Source: Bacteroidota bacterium (GTDB lineage Bacteria; Bacteroidota; Bacteroidia; 2-12-FULL-35-15). From it: a stretch of DNA of 55,161 nt. The notes under the pieces are model-generated. The model ran no database searches and was not told the origin of the DNA. It saw only the letters and a list, made by a program, of their open reading frames with translations. Position 1 is the first letter of the stretch. Each line of letters opens with the position of its first letter. This document shows, one piece after another, positions 10,901 through 20,600 of the stretch. The stretch lies in NCBI GenBank assembly GCA_043742725.1, contig JAYTXX010000029.1, forward strand, positions 1 through 55,161, in the 5' to 3' direction. The translations under genes and the position numbers were made by a program.

Positions 10901-11813
10901 TACAACGATAGGCAATACCTGGAAAATTATTTATTAAAACCGAAAAATTGTTTTCACTTTCTTTTAATTTTTCTTCCGCACTTTTATATGCTGAAATATC
11001 GCGAATGGCTGTAACCCTTGCCAATTGTCCTTTATAAAAAAACTTATTGCCAGAAATTTCTGCCCAAAATTCTTTTTTCCCTTTTTTAAGCATTTTTATC
11101 TGATAGGGATTGGGGTCTTCTTTTTTTACTTTTTCGGCAACAATTGCACGAAAATCGGGATGAACAAAATCAAAAATTGGTCTTCCTACAATTTCTTTTT
11201 CGGAGTATTCAAATGTTTTGCAAGTTGCTTTATTTACTTCAACCACTTTTCCGTTTTGGTGTATCGCTATTCCTTCAAAAGCTGAATCCGAAAGGTTTTT
11301 AAATTTTTCTTCACTTAAGCGTAAGGCATTTTCGGTGTTTACCTTTTGAGTAGAATTTACAATATAAATAACTACAGCTATCGTTTTGTTTTTTTCTTTT
11401 ATTGGAGTTGCTTTGCAAGAATAGTATGCCCACTCATTGTTGTTGTCCAGAGCTTTTGTTTCATACTTTTTTGTTATCCCAGTTTTAAAAACAGAGTTAA
11501 TAATTTTTCGAACTCGCAGTTGTTCTTCTTTCGCAAAAAACCCAGAAGCAGGTGTTCCTATTACATTTTCTTTTTTAAATCCTTTTGCAACTTTGTTGAT
11601 ATCTATAATAGTTCCTTTTTTATCAACAACTATAATCACATTTTCTGAATGTTTAAAAAACGATTCCCATTTAGAATCCTTTTCAAGCAATGTATTCGAG
11701 ATTTTTTGCGATACTGTTTTTTTGTTTTTTTCGAGCAACAAAATTTTGCGCTGAAGTTTTTTTACTTCCGCTTCCAATTGCATTTTTGTTTTTTTTGAAT
11801 TGCTCATCAACAA
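7971..11813 (-). CDS. Multi-PAS sensor histidine kinase (HisKA_2-type H-box)
   Basis: 1280 aa. It has many PAS/PAC-like modules (hand estimate 7-9) joined by coiled-coil linkers, an H-box EVHHRVKNNLQVISSILNLQS, and an ATPase domain (NALKYAF, GDNGVGL, GLQLV). Confidence 0.9.
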   Translation of the reverse strand: MLMSNSKKTKMQLEAEVKKLQRKILLLEKNKKTVSQKISNTLLEKDSKWESFFKHSENVIIVVDKKGTIIDINKVAKGFKKENVIGTPASGFFAKEEQLRVRKIINSVFKTGITKKYETKALDNNNEWAYYSCKATPIKEKNKTIAVVIYIVNSTQKVNTENALRLSEEKFKNLSDSAFEGIAIHQNGKVVEVNKATCKTFEYSEKEIVGRPIFDFVHPDFRAIVAEKVKKEDPNPYQIKMLKKGKKEFWAEISGNKFFYKGQLARVTAIRDISAYKSAEEKLKESENNFSVLINNFPGIAYRCKLDKNLTMLFLSNGFFKLTGYSPQDLINNKKIPFNDIIHPEDRGNDKIEEAIKAKKIFEVEYRIINSKNEIKWVWEKGQGVFDENGKLLYLEGFIADINDKKKYELELKQSRENYKNLVEESPDGVLIHIDGKIVYANESVAKIFEAQKVKSVVGYNLFDFVLPHFHKLCKERIQQVKLGKNPNKTTMEVKTLKGNIVEVETNPNLINYNNQEAIQVIIHDLSTEKKLIKEQLRAQVAEETNELLEQEITKRKVAQIKLTESENYIKNIIESSLDMICASDKNGYVTEFNLAAQKTFGYTQQEIIGKHSGILYADSANKSKGINKQLLENGVYSGEIINVKKNGQTFLTYLTAAVLKNEQGEIIGSMGISRDISELKKAEQILRNSEEKYRDLFENATDLIQSVGADGKIVYVNTAWKKVLGYSDEEINNHLIFDFIHPDSLEHCLGLFSRILKGEKTESIEITFKAKDGRAVTCEGNVNSKVEQGKIISTRGIFRDVTISHQITKEIKQSEERYKAIYNQAYIGIAQVNLDGKYLQVNDRLCDIMGYSKEELLQKTTEEITHSEDHEKLPGREFIIEKNIEKLTTIKRYIRKDKKIVIANITISLIKDLEGKPLYFVSVYEDITEQRKAEEKLHSQSAKLKTVFESSSHIIWTLDRNIKVTSYNTNFEKFHKRHYNTDVHIGLQMNAGKMVSTEDYNSFWQKKYDASLAGEAQHFETKLVDKNDEVVWREIFLNPIVDSTGKVIEISGIAHDITEKKLAEEKINQSLKEKEILLKEVHHRVKNNLQVISSILNLQSSYVKDEATLGILRESQNRIKSMAFIHESLYQTKDFSSINFSEYVINLCQNLIHSYSSFNHNVKLNLDIQNVFLNLDLAIPCGLIINEIISNALKYAFVTKSEKDIISVKMQEEGQKLFLKIGDNGVGLSEKIDFKNTESLGLQLVITLIEQLNGIIDIDTKNGTMYLISFNKNQAKTRI

Positions 11814-11819
11814 TTATTT

Positions 11820-13397
11820 TTATTTTAAACTTGGCTCTGATGTTGGTGTTTCTGGCTCTACTTTTATTCCATCGAAACGAATTTCAATATCATTTTTAAA
11901 TAAAATGGTTAAAAACAAGTAGCCCGATTCATCATAAAATTTCCATTCCCCCTCTTTTGTTCCTCCTGCATATTTTCCTGTTTGTTTTACTTTTCCATTT
12001 GGATAATAAAATGTTTGCTCGCCATCAGGAACACCATCAATAAATTTTCCTACATAACGTAATTTGCCTGTGCTTGTATAATAATGTTTCCATTCGCCAT
12101 CTCGCCTATCGGCTTTGTAATTGCCTTTTTCCAAATAGTCGGGCATTTCCAACATCCACTCGCCTTCTTTAAGTCCATCAATAAATTCACCTTTTGTAAT
12201 TACTTTTCCGCTATCGCCATATTCGGTCATTGTTCCATCTTGCAAATTGTTTCTATAATTTTCTTCACGCAAAATAGTTCCTGTTTCGTAATACCATTTC
12301 CAAGCTCCTTGCGCTTTTCCTTTTTTATCGTATTTGCCTTTCTGTTCAATCTTTCCGTTCGGATGATAAAATACCCACTCGCCAATTCTTTTTCCATTCA
12401 CATATTCTCCTTGCGATTTTATTTGTCCATTCGGATGATATTCTTTCCAAGGTCCTTGTTGTCTTCCTGCTGTATCCAAAATTCCTTCACCTGTTAAAAC
12501 TCCATCTGCATACATTTTTGCGGCAATTACTTTTCCTTCAGGAGAAAATTCTCTGTGAATTCCTTCTGCAACTCCATCTTTGTAAGTACCTGTTGTTTTC
12601 ACTATTCCACCTTCGTAATACTCTGTGCGCACATCAATTTTTGCAAGTTCTGGTGCATTGTTTTGAATTACGCCATTTACATATTTGGTAGTATTCACAA
12701 GGCTTCCTTTGGGAGAATATTCTTTGAAATAACCATTTATTTTATCATCGCTATATGTTGCTTCGTTTTTTATAACACCCGTTGGATAAAACTCTTTCCA
12801 AGTTCCTTGTTTAAGTTTGTTAGCGTCTCTACGATTAATTTTTTCTTCGCGTTGCACAAAACCCATTTTGTATTGTGTAAATGTGATGATGGTACTATCG
12901 GGTGCAAACTCAAGTCCTGCGCCATCTTCCCTCCCATTCAAAAATGGAATGGTTTGTTTCACTTTTCCATCTTTGTAGTAAACAATGGTGTTTCCTTGCT
13001 TCACATCATTTTCATAATTTTCGGCAGTAATTAAAAAACCATCTTTTGTATCGTATGTTTTTTTCAATCCATTTTTTTTGCCTTGTTTGTAATTAAATTC
13101 AAAAGCAAGTTTCCCTACTTCATTATAAAATTTCCAAACACTATCCAATTGAAAAATTTTTCTGTTTCCTTCCGATTTTATAATTCCTGTTTGCGAATAG
13201 GTTTTCCAATATCCATCAGGTTTTCCATCACGCATCATTCCTTCGCTAGAAACTTTTCCGTTTTCGTAATAAAATTTATTGTAACCATTCGGATTTGCTT
13301 CTTGATTTGTTTGTGCAAACAATGTAATGGGTAACAAGAAGAAAATTATTTTAATAATTTTTCGCATATCTATTTTCTTACTCACAAAGCTAAACAT
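11820..13397 (-). CDS. MORN-repeat-variant (YwqK-like) secreted protein
   Basis: Signal peptide followed by more than 15 tandem motifs of the form G-x-W-x-x-Y-Y-x-N-G-K / DG-x-x-x-x-Y. Confidence 0.85.
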   Translation of the reverse strand: MFSFVSKKIDMRKIIKIIFFLLPITLFAQTNQEANPNGYNKFYYENGKVSSEGMMRDGKPDGYWKTYSQTGIIKSEGNRKIFQLDSVWKFYNEVGKLAFEFNYKQGKKNGLKKTYDTKDGFLITAENYENDVKQGNTIVYYKDGKVKQTIPFLNGREDGAGLEFAPDSTIITFTQYKMGFVQREEKINRRDANKLKQGTWKEFYPTGVIKNEATYSDDKINGYFKEYSPKGSLVNTTKYVNGVIQNNAPELAKIDVRTEYYEGGIVKTTGTYKDGVAEGIHREFSPEGKVIAAKMYADGVLTGEGILDTAGRQQGPWKEYHPNGQIKSQGEYVNGKRIGEWVFYHPNGKIEQKGKYDKKGKAQGAWKWYYETGTILREENYRNNLQDGTMTEYGDSGKVITKGEFIDGLKEGEWMLEMPDYLEKGNYKADRRDGEWKHYYTSTGKLRYVGKFIDGVPDGEQTFYYPNGKVKQTGKYAGGTKEGEWKFYDESGYLFLTILFKNDIEIRFDGIKVEPETPTSEPSLK

Positions 13398-13400
13398 TTT

Positions 13401-14642
13401 TTAAGGTTTTTGTTTGTTTCTCAAAACAAAAACCACAACAATTGCCATACATATTAAAAATGGTTCTATCATTATTCGATGGCGCGTTTCCACATAAAAT
13501 ATTGCTTGAAACAAAGAAAGAAAAACAGGAAATGAAAAAATTAAAATTGATTTTTTGCGAAGCAGAAAAACAAATAGCAAACTTAAAATAAAAATTATCG
13601 AATAAATTATTTCATAAACAGGAATCCATTTTTGTATTTGATTAGAATATTCTATTCCCAAGCCACTTCTAAACAGCCAAAAGTTTTTTAGTTTAATAAA
13701 ATACATCTTCACAACTACTAAAAAATTATTGGAACATTCTTGTAAATATTTTTTTTTGAAGTAGTCCGATTGCTCTATTGGCTTTAGTTTTGCTATTTGT
13801 TGCCATTCGCTTTCAGGCAAAAGGTTGTAATAATTTTTTTGGTTTTCAATTGCTGTTGTGCCTTCTGTTTTTTCTTGTACGCCTAACCATAAGTTCAATC
13901 CAACATCGGAATTGATTGAAATTTTTTGGTAAATAAAATAATTGCGCACAAGCCATGTGCTCATAACTAAAATAGAAATTGTAATTAAAAAAAATGTTCG
14001 CTTTAAAATTGTTGAAATTTTTTCTTTCCCAAATTGAAAAATTAAAAACGGTGCAATTACACTAAAATTAGTTGTTCTGCTCAATGTTGCAATTCCAAAA
14101 ACAAATGCAAACAAAACAAAATTTCGTTTTGATTTTGTTTCAAAATATTTTGTCATACAAAACAAGGAAAGAAAAACCAAAAACAAATCCAATGAAAAGG
14201 GGTGAATATTTTTGAGTGCATAATAATTAATCAATGGGTGCAATACAATTGCCATTGACGATAAAAAAGCAATGAGTTGTTTTTGTTTTTCGGAAATGTT
14301 GATTTCCATTTTTGATAAAAACCACAAAAAAATAGGATAGCTCAAAACAACCGCTAATGCTTGAAAAAATAGATTTAAAACAATTCCTGCAAAAGGATGA
14401 ATTCCAAAAATAGAATACACAAAAAATAAACAAATTGGATAAATTGGAAACTGACTATTAAAATTTGTTTGTCCGTTAAAATAATAACTCATTTCGTTTT
14501 TTTGAATCATATTCACAGCAATATTGTGAACTTCAAAAAGGTTAGTTTCCGTAATGTTTAGAAGAATAAATAATTTAAAAACAAACAAAATAATTGTAAT
14601 TCCAAAAAGATATTTTGAATACGGAATATTTTGTGATTTCAT
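13401..14642 (-). CDS. Polytopic membrane protein, ArnT/PMT-like glycosyltransferase candidate
   Basis: 413 aa with roughly 10 hydrophobic helices. The layout resembles GT39/GT83 lipid-linked sugar transferases. Function is assigned by resemblance only. Confidence 0.55.
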   Translation of the reverse strand: MKSQNIPYSKYLFGITIILFVFKLFILLNITETNLFEVHNIAVNMIQKNEMSYYFNGQTNFNSQFPIYPICLFFVYSIFGIHPFAGIVLNLFFQALAVVLSYPIFLWFLSKMEINISEKQKQLIAFLSSMAIVLHPLINYYALKNIHPFSLDLFLVFLSLFCMTKYFETKSKRNFVLFAFVFGIATLSRTTNFSVIAPFLIFQFGKEKISTILKRTFFLITISILVMSTWLVRNYFIYQKISINSDVGLNLWLGVQEKTEGTTAIENQKNYYNLLPESEWQQIAKLKPIEQSDYFKKKYLQECSNNFLVVVKMYFIKLKNFWLFRSGLGIEYSNQIQKWIPVYEIIYSIIFILSLLFVFLLRKKSILIFSFPVFLSLFQAIFYVETRHRIMIEPFLICMAIVVVFVLRNKQKP

Positions 14643-14663
14643 TTTATAGAAATTATTTCCGTT

Positions 14664-16664
14664 TTATTTTTGTGATGAAAAAGAAGAAATAGCAATAATT
14701 TGAATTTTTCTTTCCAGCGCAGCCATTGGGTTGTAGATAGAATTTTTTGTATCGTAATAATCATCGCTCACATTTGGTCGGGCTTTTAATTCGCCAATGT
14801 CTTCATCAAAAAAAGTAATGCTTCCTTCGTTTTCATTCACATTATTTATATAATGCAAAAACACACCATTTTGATATTCTGAAAAATAATTTTTCAAACT
14901 TGAAATTCTTCGTTTTGCTAAATTAATATTGTAATCGGTTGATGCCAGCGGACTACAATATCCTTTTATTGTAATGGTTACTTTTTCTTTGTCTTTTACT
15001 ACTTTCAAAAGCAACTTTGCAAATTGTTCAAGGTCTTGCATTCCTGCATTCACCGAGTCGTCAAACAAATTATCAATTTCATTTTTTGCTCTTTCAACAT
15101 TATCTCCTTTGGCTCCTTTTGAATATTCTTTTTTATACTGTTCTCGCATTGCAGCATAATCTTCATACGTTTTTTTATAATTTTTTGTAGTGGTAATTGC
15201 CAATGTTTTTTTGTCGGGTTCATCGTTGTGAAAATACAATGTAAGCGGAACAAGTAATTTCATTTGCGTTACAAAAACCTTTGTACTATCAATTTTTTTA
15301 GGTGGTTCGTTTATTTTAGGAATATCAAATTTGTAAATATCATTGCAACAACTTTGTTTTTCTTCAAAATAAGAACCGATACGATTAGAAGAAAAAAATG
15401 CGGCATCTTTTTTTGAATTAATTGAAAAATAAATATCGTTATAATTACTATTTATAGGAACTCCCAAATTTTTGGGTTCGCCTAATTCATTGTTTTTATA
15501 TTCACTTTTAAAAATATCAAAACCTCCCAAACCCTTGTGCCAAGTGGAACTAAAAAATAATTCTTGACATGGTTTGCAATAAAAAGGAGTAATGTCATCT
15601 TCTATTGTATTTACTTTTTTTCCTGCATTTGTAGGTTTTCCAAATGTTCCATCTTTATTTATTTTGCTGTACCAAATATCCATTTTGCCTTCTCCTCCTG
15701 CTCTGTTCGATGCAAAAAACAACACCTCTTCTTCTCCCAAAAAGCCTACTGCTGGCTGTGTATTGGTGCTTCCTTTTTGATTAATTTCTGAAGGTGATTT
15801 TTTTAGTTGTTCCCAGTGTCCGTTTTTATAATTTGAAAAATATATTTCGCACATAAATTCTTGTGCATTTTTTTGTTCACAACGCGTGATGTACACTTTT
15901 GTATAATCCGCATTGAATGCGGTGTTTGCATTGTGTATTCCTTTTTTGTTAAAAAGTGTATCCAATTCATTTGCTTTTTGCCACTTCAAACTATCTTGAA
16001 TAGATGTGTAAATTTTATTGTAATTCACATTGTGTTTTTTGTCTTTGTCTTTTTTATCTCGCAACGAAGAAAAATACAAAAGGCTGTCCACCTCTATTGG
16101 CGCATATTCCGAAACTTTACTATTTACTGTACTATCTAAATGAATAATATTAATTGTTTTGTCGGGAGTAGCAATCAACAGTTGTGCGTAATCACAGGCG
16201 GCAGATTCTTGCTCTGCTTTTTTTACCAAATATGTGTTTTTGTTTTTCGCATTTTTCTTTATGTATTTATCAAATAATTTTTTTGCGTCCTTATATTGTC
16301 CTTTGTTTTTCTTGATTGTAGCCAACCAAAACGAACACTCGGGAAATAGTTTTCCTTGCGAATCTTTTTTAAAAACTTTGTTGTACCAACGATTTGCAAT
16401 ATCATAATCATAATTCAAACGACTTGCTTCGGCATATTTATATTGAATATTAATGTCTGATGAGTCCTGTAAAATTGCTTGATTGTAATATGCGGCTGCG
16501 CTAAAAAAATCATTGTTGGCAAATGATTTATCGCCATCTGTAATAAGTGTTTTCAGTTTTTGAGCTGATACAGAAGTGGAAAAAAACAAAAAACAAAAAA
16601 CAAAAAACAAAATATTTTTTGCTTTATTAAAACGGTTTATTTTTTTTCTAATCTCAAAAATCAT
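14664..16664 (-). CDS. OmpA-family protein with TPR-like and TolB-like repeats
   Basis: Signal peptide, repeated SEYAPIE / FFSSNR...GG-DIW/F beta-propeller motifs, and a C-terminal OmpA/MotB domain (GYCSPLASTDYNINLAKRRISSLKNYF). Confidence 0.85.
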   Translation of the reverse strand: MIFEIRKKINRFNKAKNILFFVFCFLFFSTSVSAQKLKTLITDGDKSFANNDFFSAAAYYNQAILQDSSDINIQYKYAEASRLNYDYDIANRWYNKVFKKDSQGKLFPECSFWLATIKKNKGQYKDAKKLFDKYIKKNAKNKNTYLVKKAEQESAACDYAQLLIATPDKTINIIHLDSTVNSKVSEYAPIEVDSLLYFSSLRDKKDKDKKHNVNYNKIYTSIQDSLKWQKANELDTLFNKKGIHNANTAFNADYTKVYITRCEQKNAQEFMCEIYFSNYKNGHWEQLKKSPSEINQKGSTNTQPAVGFLGEEEVLFFASNRAGGEGKMDIWYSKINKDGTFGKPTNAGKKVNTIEDDITPFYCKPCQELFFSSTWHKGLGGFDIFKSEYKNNELGEPKNLGVPINSNYNDIYFSINSKKDAAFFSSNRIGSYFEEKQSCCNDIYKFDIPKINEPPKKIDSTKVFVTQMKLLVPLTLYFHNDEPDKKTLAITTTKNYKKTYEDYAAMREQYKKEYSKGAKGDNVERAKNEIDNLFDDSVNAGMQDLEQFAKLLLKVVKDKEKVTITIKGYCSPLASTDYNINLAKRRISSLKNYFSEYQNGVFLHYINNVNENEGSITFFDEDIGELKARPNVSDDYYDTKNSIYNPMAALERKIQIIAISSFSSQK

Positions 16665-16667
16665 ACG

Positions 16668-17681
16668 CTACATATAAATTGGACAAACACGTTTTTTCGC
16701 AATAAAAGGAACTGGTTTTTTAATAATATAAATCAACGAAATTTCAAATGCTCCATTGGAGTTGCTTGCCGCCATTAGTTTTGACGTGTTGATATCATAA
16801 CTAATTCCAACTGTCATTTTTTTGTAATTCATATTTGCAACAATTATAAACGCATCTTTCAAGCGATAAAAAGCTCCTAATGAAAATGCAGTTTCCATTC
16901 CATCAATTGGTTTTAAATAATATTTTCCGAACAAGCCTAAAAGTGTTTCATGAAATTTTCCTTGTGTTTGATAAAGCACCGATGGCAACACATCTATCTG
17001 TGCAGAGACAGGAAATTGCGCTATTCCGCTAATGTTTGTTTTCACATCCAAACGAATATCGCTGTTGTTAAAAAACGATTGTTTGGGCATATTCAAATGT
17101 AAAAAAGAAATTCCCGCGTTAATTTTTGTTCTATTGTTTTTCCGCCACAAATAAGCCAATCCACCGCCAACATCAAAATAAGTAATTCGTGTTTTTGAAT
17201 ATGTTTCGCCACTTGCAATGGCTGGGTCATAATAATCTCCGTTGTATTGATTATCATAAGTAAGTGCACTTACATCAAAACTTCTGGTTGTTACACCTGG
17301 TTGTAACCCAATAGAAACAAAGTGTGTAGAGTCTTTGTTAAGTTTTTTTATATACGAACCCGAAACAAAAATTTGTGTAGTACTAAATCGCGAATCTCCT
17401 GCAACATCATTATTTACTATTAATCCAACAGATGGAACATCGTTTTCTAATTTTGTTTTTAAACGTGTATCTGCTGAAAGCGAAAATGTTTTATAGGGAA
17501 CAGGTATGGTACTCCACTGACTTCTGTTGTTCAACACAAATCGCCAGTCGCCATTAAATAAGCCTGTTTGAGCAGGGTTTAAATTTTGTGGAGAAGAGTT
17601 GAATTGCGACAAATGAATGTCTTGTGCAAATGAGTATTCGCAAGAAAAAATTAAAAATAATATGTAAATTATTTTTTTCAT
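16668..17681 (-). CDS. T9SS membrane protein of the PorP/SprF family
   Basis: Signal peptide followed by the family signature QDIHLSQFNSSPQNLNPAQTG. The composition is beta-barrel-like. It abuts the upstream cargo gene with a 0-nt gap. Confidence 0.9.
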   Translation of the reverse strand: MKKIIYILFLIFSCEYSFAQDIHLSQFNSSPQNLNPAQTGLFNGDWRFVLNNRSQWSTIPVPYKTFSLSADTRLKTKLENDVPSVGLIVNNDVAGDSRFSTTQIFVSGSYIKKLNKDSTHFVSIGLQPGVTTRSFDVSALTYDNQYNGDYYDPAIASGETYSKTRITYFDVGGGLAYLWRKNNRTKINAGISFLHLNMPKQSFFNNSDIRLDVKTNISGIAQFPVSAQIDVLPSVLYQTQGKFHETLLGLFGKYYLKPIDGMETAFSLGAFYRLKDAFIIVANMNYKKMTVGISYDINTSKLMAASNSNGAFEISLIYIIKKPVPFIAKKRVCPIYM

Positions 17682-20600
17682 TTATCGAATTATCGTTGTA
17701 TTTCCTTTTTTGAAAATTTGATTTCCGTTATAACATTTTGCTTTCAAATACCAAGCAAATACTGCTGGGTCGGCTTTCATTCCATTATAAATTCCATCCC
17801 AACCTTTTTTAATGTCATTGGTTTCAAACACCATTTGTCCCCAACGATTATAAACTGCAAAATATAATTCCATAATACTATTGCTTCGCACATACAACAC
17901 ATCATTTTTTCCATCATCATTTGGTGTAAATGTGTTGGGCACAAAAACATCTCCTTCGTTGCATTCCATTGATATCACATAAATTGTTACGGTTACTATT
18001 TTCTGACAACCACCAGCACCAACAATTGAAAGTGTATAGGTTGTTGTTTTGGTTGGTGTTGCAATTGGATTAAAAGAATTCGGATTGTCCAATCCATCGG
18101 CTGGATTCCACAGCACCGTAAGTGTTGTGTCTGCTATTGCGTGTAGTGTTGTTGATTGTCCTTTTACAAGTGTGTCTTTATCAACTGTTGCGGACACAGA
18201 ATAAACAACAGAACTAAAAACAAAAACAGTTGTAGTTAATGTTCTCACACAAGTATCCACTCCATTAACTGTTGTAATGTTTACCGTATAGGTTGTTGTT
18301 ATTGATGGGTGGGCAATGGGGTTTGAAATATTACTTGCGTTTAAAGACGATGAAGGAATCCATTGATAAGCAATTCCGCCTGTTGCAAAAAGTTGCGCAC
18401 CATCTGATTCTAAACAAATAGAATCAGATGGATTTACAGAAACATTTCCTAAATAATCTATTGGAAGTTGTGTTGTGTCCTTGCAGCCGTTTGCTGTAGA
18501 TACAATTAAAGTTGCATCATAATTTCCTGCGGAAGCGTATGTATGACTGGGGTTTTGAAATGTTGATGTGTCGTTGTCGCCAAAATTCCAAAGCCAAGAA
18601 ACTGGCGCAACTGCCGATGAATCATAAAACGCAACTTGATTAGAACAAGGTGTAGGAATAAAATTAAAGTCTGCAGTTATTGGCGGATAAACAGTTATGT
18701 ATTGGTAAGCAGTATCTGCAACATTGCATCTCGAAGGATCGTTCACAAACAAACGAACAAGATATGTTCCTGGTGTTGTATATATTTTTGTTGGGTTGAG
18801 TTGTGTAGATATTGTATCGTTGTTTCCAAAGTCCCACAAATAACTTCCGCCTGTTGTGCTTTGATTTTGAAATGTTACAAGAAGTGGCGCACAACCTGAA
18901 ATATTATTTACTGTAAAATTTGCTTGTGCCAATGGCACCTGAAAATCCATTTTAAAAACACCGTTGTTACAATTATCCTTTTGTGTATCCATATTTATTC
19001 CTGTAGGATATGGGTTTGAAGGGTCGTAAGGAATATAATTGGGCGATGTATAGGGCCAAGAACCTACTGTTACAGGAAAATCATCAAAACCACCACAACC
19101 AGCACAAACAGATTCGTATATAATTCCTTTTTTATCAAAGCGGCTTGTTCCGCCATCAACGTGCTCTTGGCTTTGTGCTCCACCAAAATAACTTGCATAG
19201 ATAAGTGATGATGCATCTATTGAAAGAACAAACAAATAAAAATTATATCCATCGGGGTTTGTTGATTGGTAAGCATTTGAGGTAAGTGGCATTCCGATAG
19301 TTGGTGGTCCTGTAAGAATATTTCCACCCCAACCTGCAACATAAATATTTCCACAATAATCAACTAAAAATGCAGAAGGAGAAATATTTGGCTTTCCATT
19401 TCCGTTTCCAAAAACAGTTGAAAAAATTATAATTCCTAACGAATTATCAAACTTCGTAATAAATTGTCCACTGTTGGGATTGTTGTAAACACTTGTCGTT
19501 ACAGGCATTGCCCCATCTGTTTGTCCAACCACAAAAACATTTTCATCTTTATCTAATTGCACAAAATAGGTTTGGTCATAAGTAGAGGTTCCCCAATAGG
19601 TTGCTTCTATAATGCTTGTTCCATCGTTTTTTACTTTTGCAATATAACCATCTGCTTTGCCACCATTATATGTTGTTTGAAAAGCCAATGGTGTTGTTGG
19701 AAAGTCCATGCTTCGTGTTCCTCCTGTTACATATACATTTAACGAATCGTCTAACGCAAGTGCATATCCAGCATCGTTGTCGCTTCCTCCCAAATAAGTG
19801 CTCCAAATAATTTGCGAAAAATCGCTGTTCAGTTTCATGACAACTGCGTCTTGTTTGCCACTAAATGTATTATCAAATCCATTTACAATAGGAAAGTTGC
19901 TCGACCGTGAAGAGCTTGATATATAAGCATTTCCATATTTATCTACATTTATTTCTCCGCGATATTGGTCACCATAATTAAATTGCAACGAATCGTATTG
20001 CGATTCATAAACAGGATAGGTTACAGATGTTACGGGGTCTGTAAAATTGAAAAGAAAAATACTATCGTTGTTGTAATTAACGCCATCATTAAGGCTTCCG
20101 CCAATGTAGGTAGAAGCCAAAAGTGCTGTTCCTGTGGAATTGAGTTTTGCTAAATAAATATCGGTGCCATCATAAAAATATGTTCCGTTTCTATAAAAGT
20201 ACATTGGCACTCCTCCGTTAAATGTGTTGTCGTAAGCATTTGCTGTTGTTGGAAAATCGGTTGAACCCGTTGCACCATAAAGCAACAAATTGTTAGAAGC
20301 ATCAACAACTAAACTTGTTACAATTTCAGTTCCTGTAAATCCTCCTATATATGTAGAATATTGCAAAAATATTCCAGACGAATCGTATTTAGTAATCACA
20401 ACATCTGTTCTTCCATATTCGTAGGTAGAAGAGCCATTCCAAGTTACATCAAAAGCTCCTGCTGTTGTTGGATAACCAATTCCAAAAACGGTTCCTCCTG
20501 AATATAAATTTCCTTGTGCATCATAAGTTGCCGTCATTCCAAAATTGTCTGCCAATGAGCCCGATGAACATGCAAAAACCAAAACAGGGTCAATGATTAA

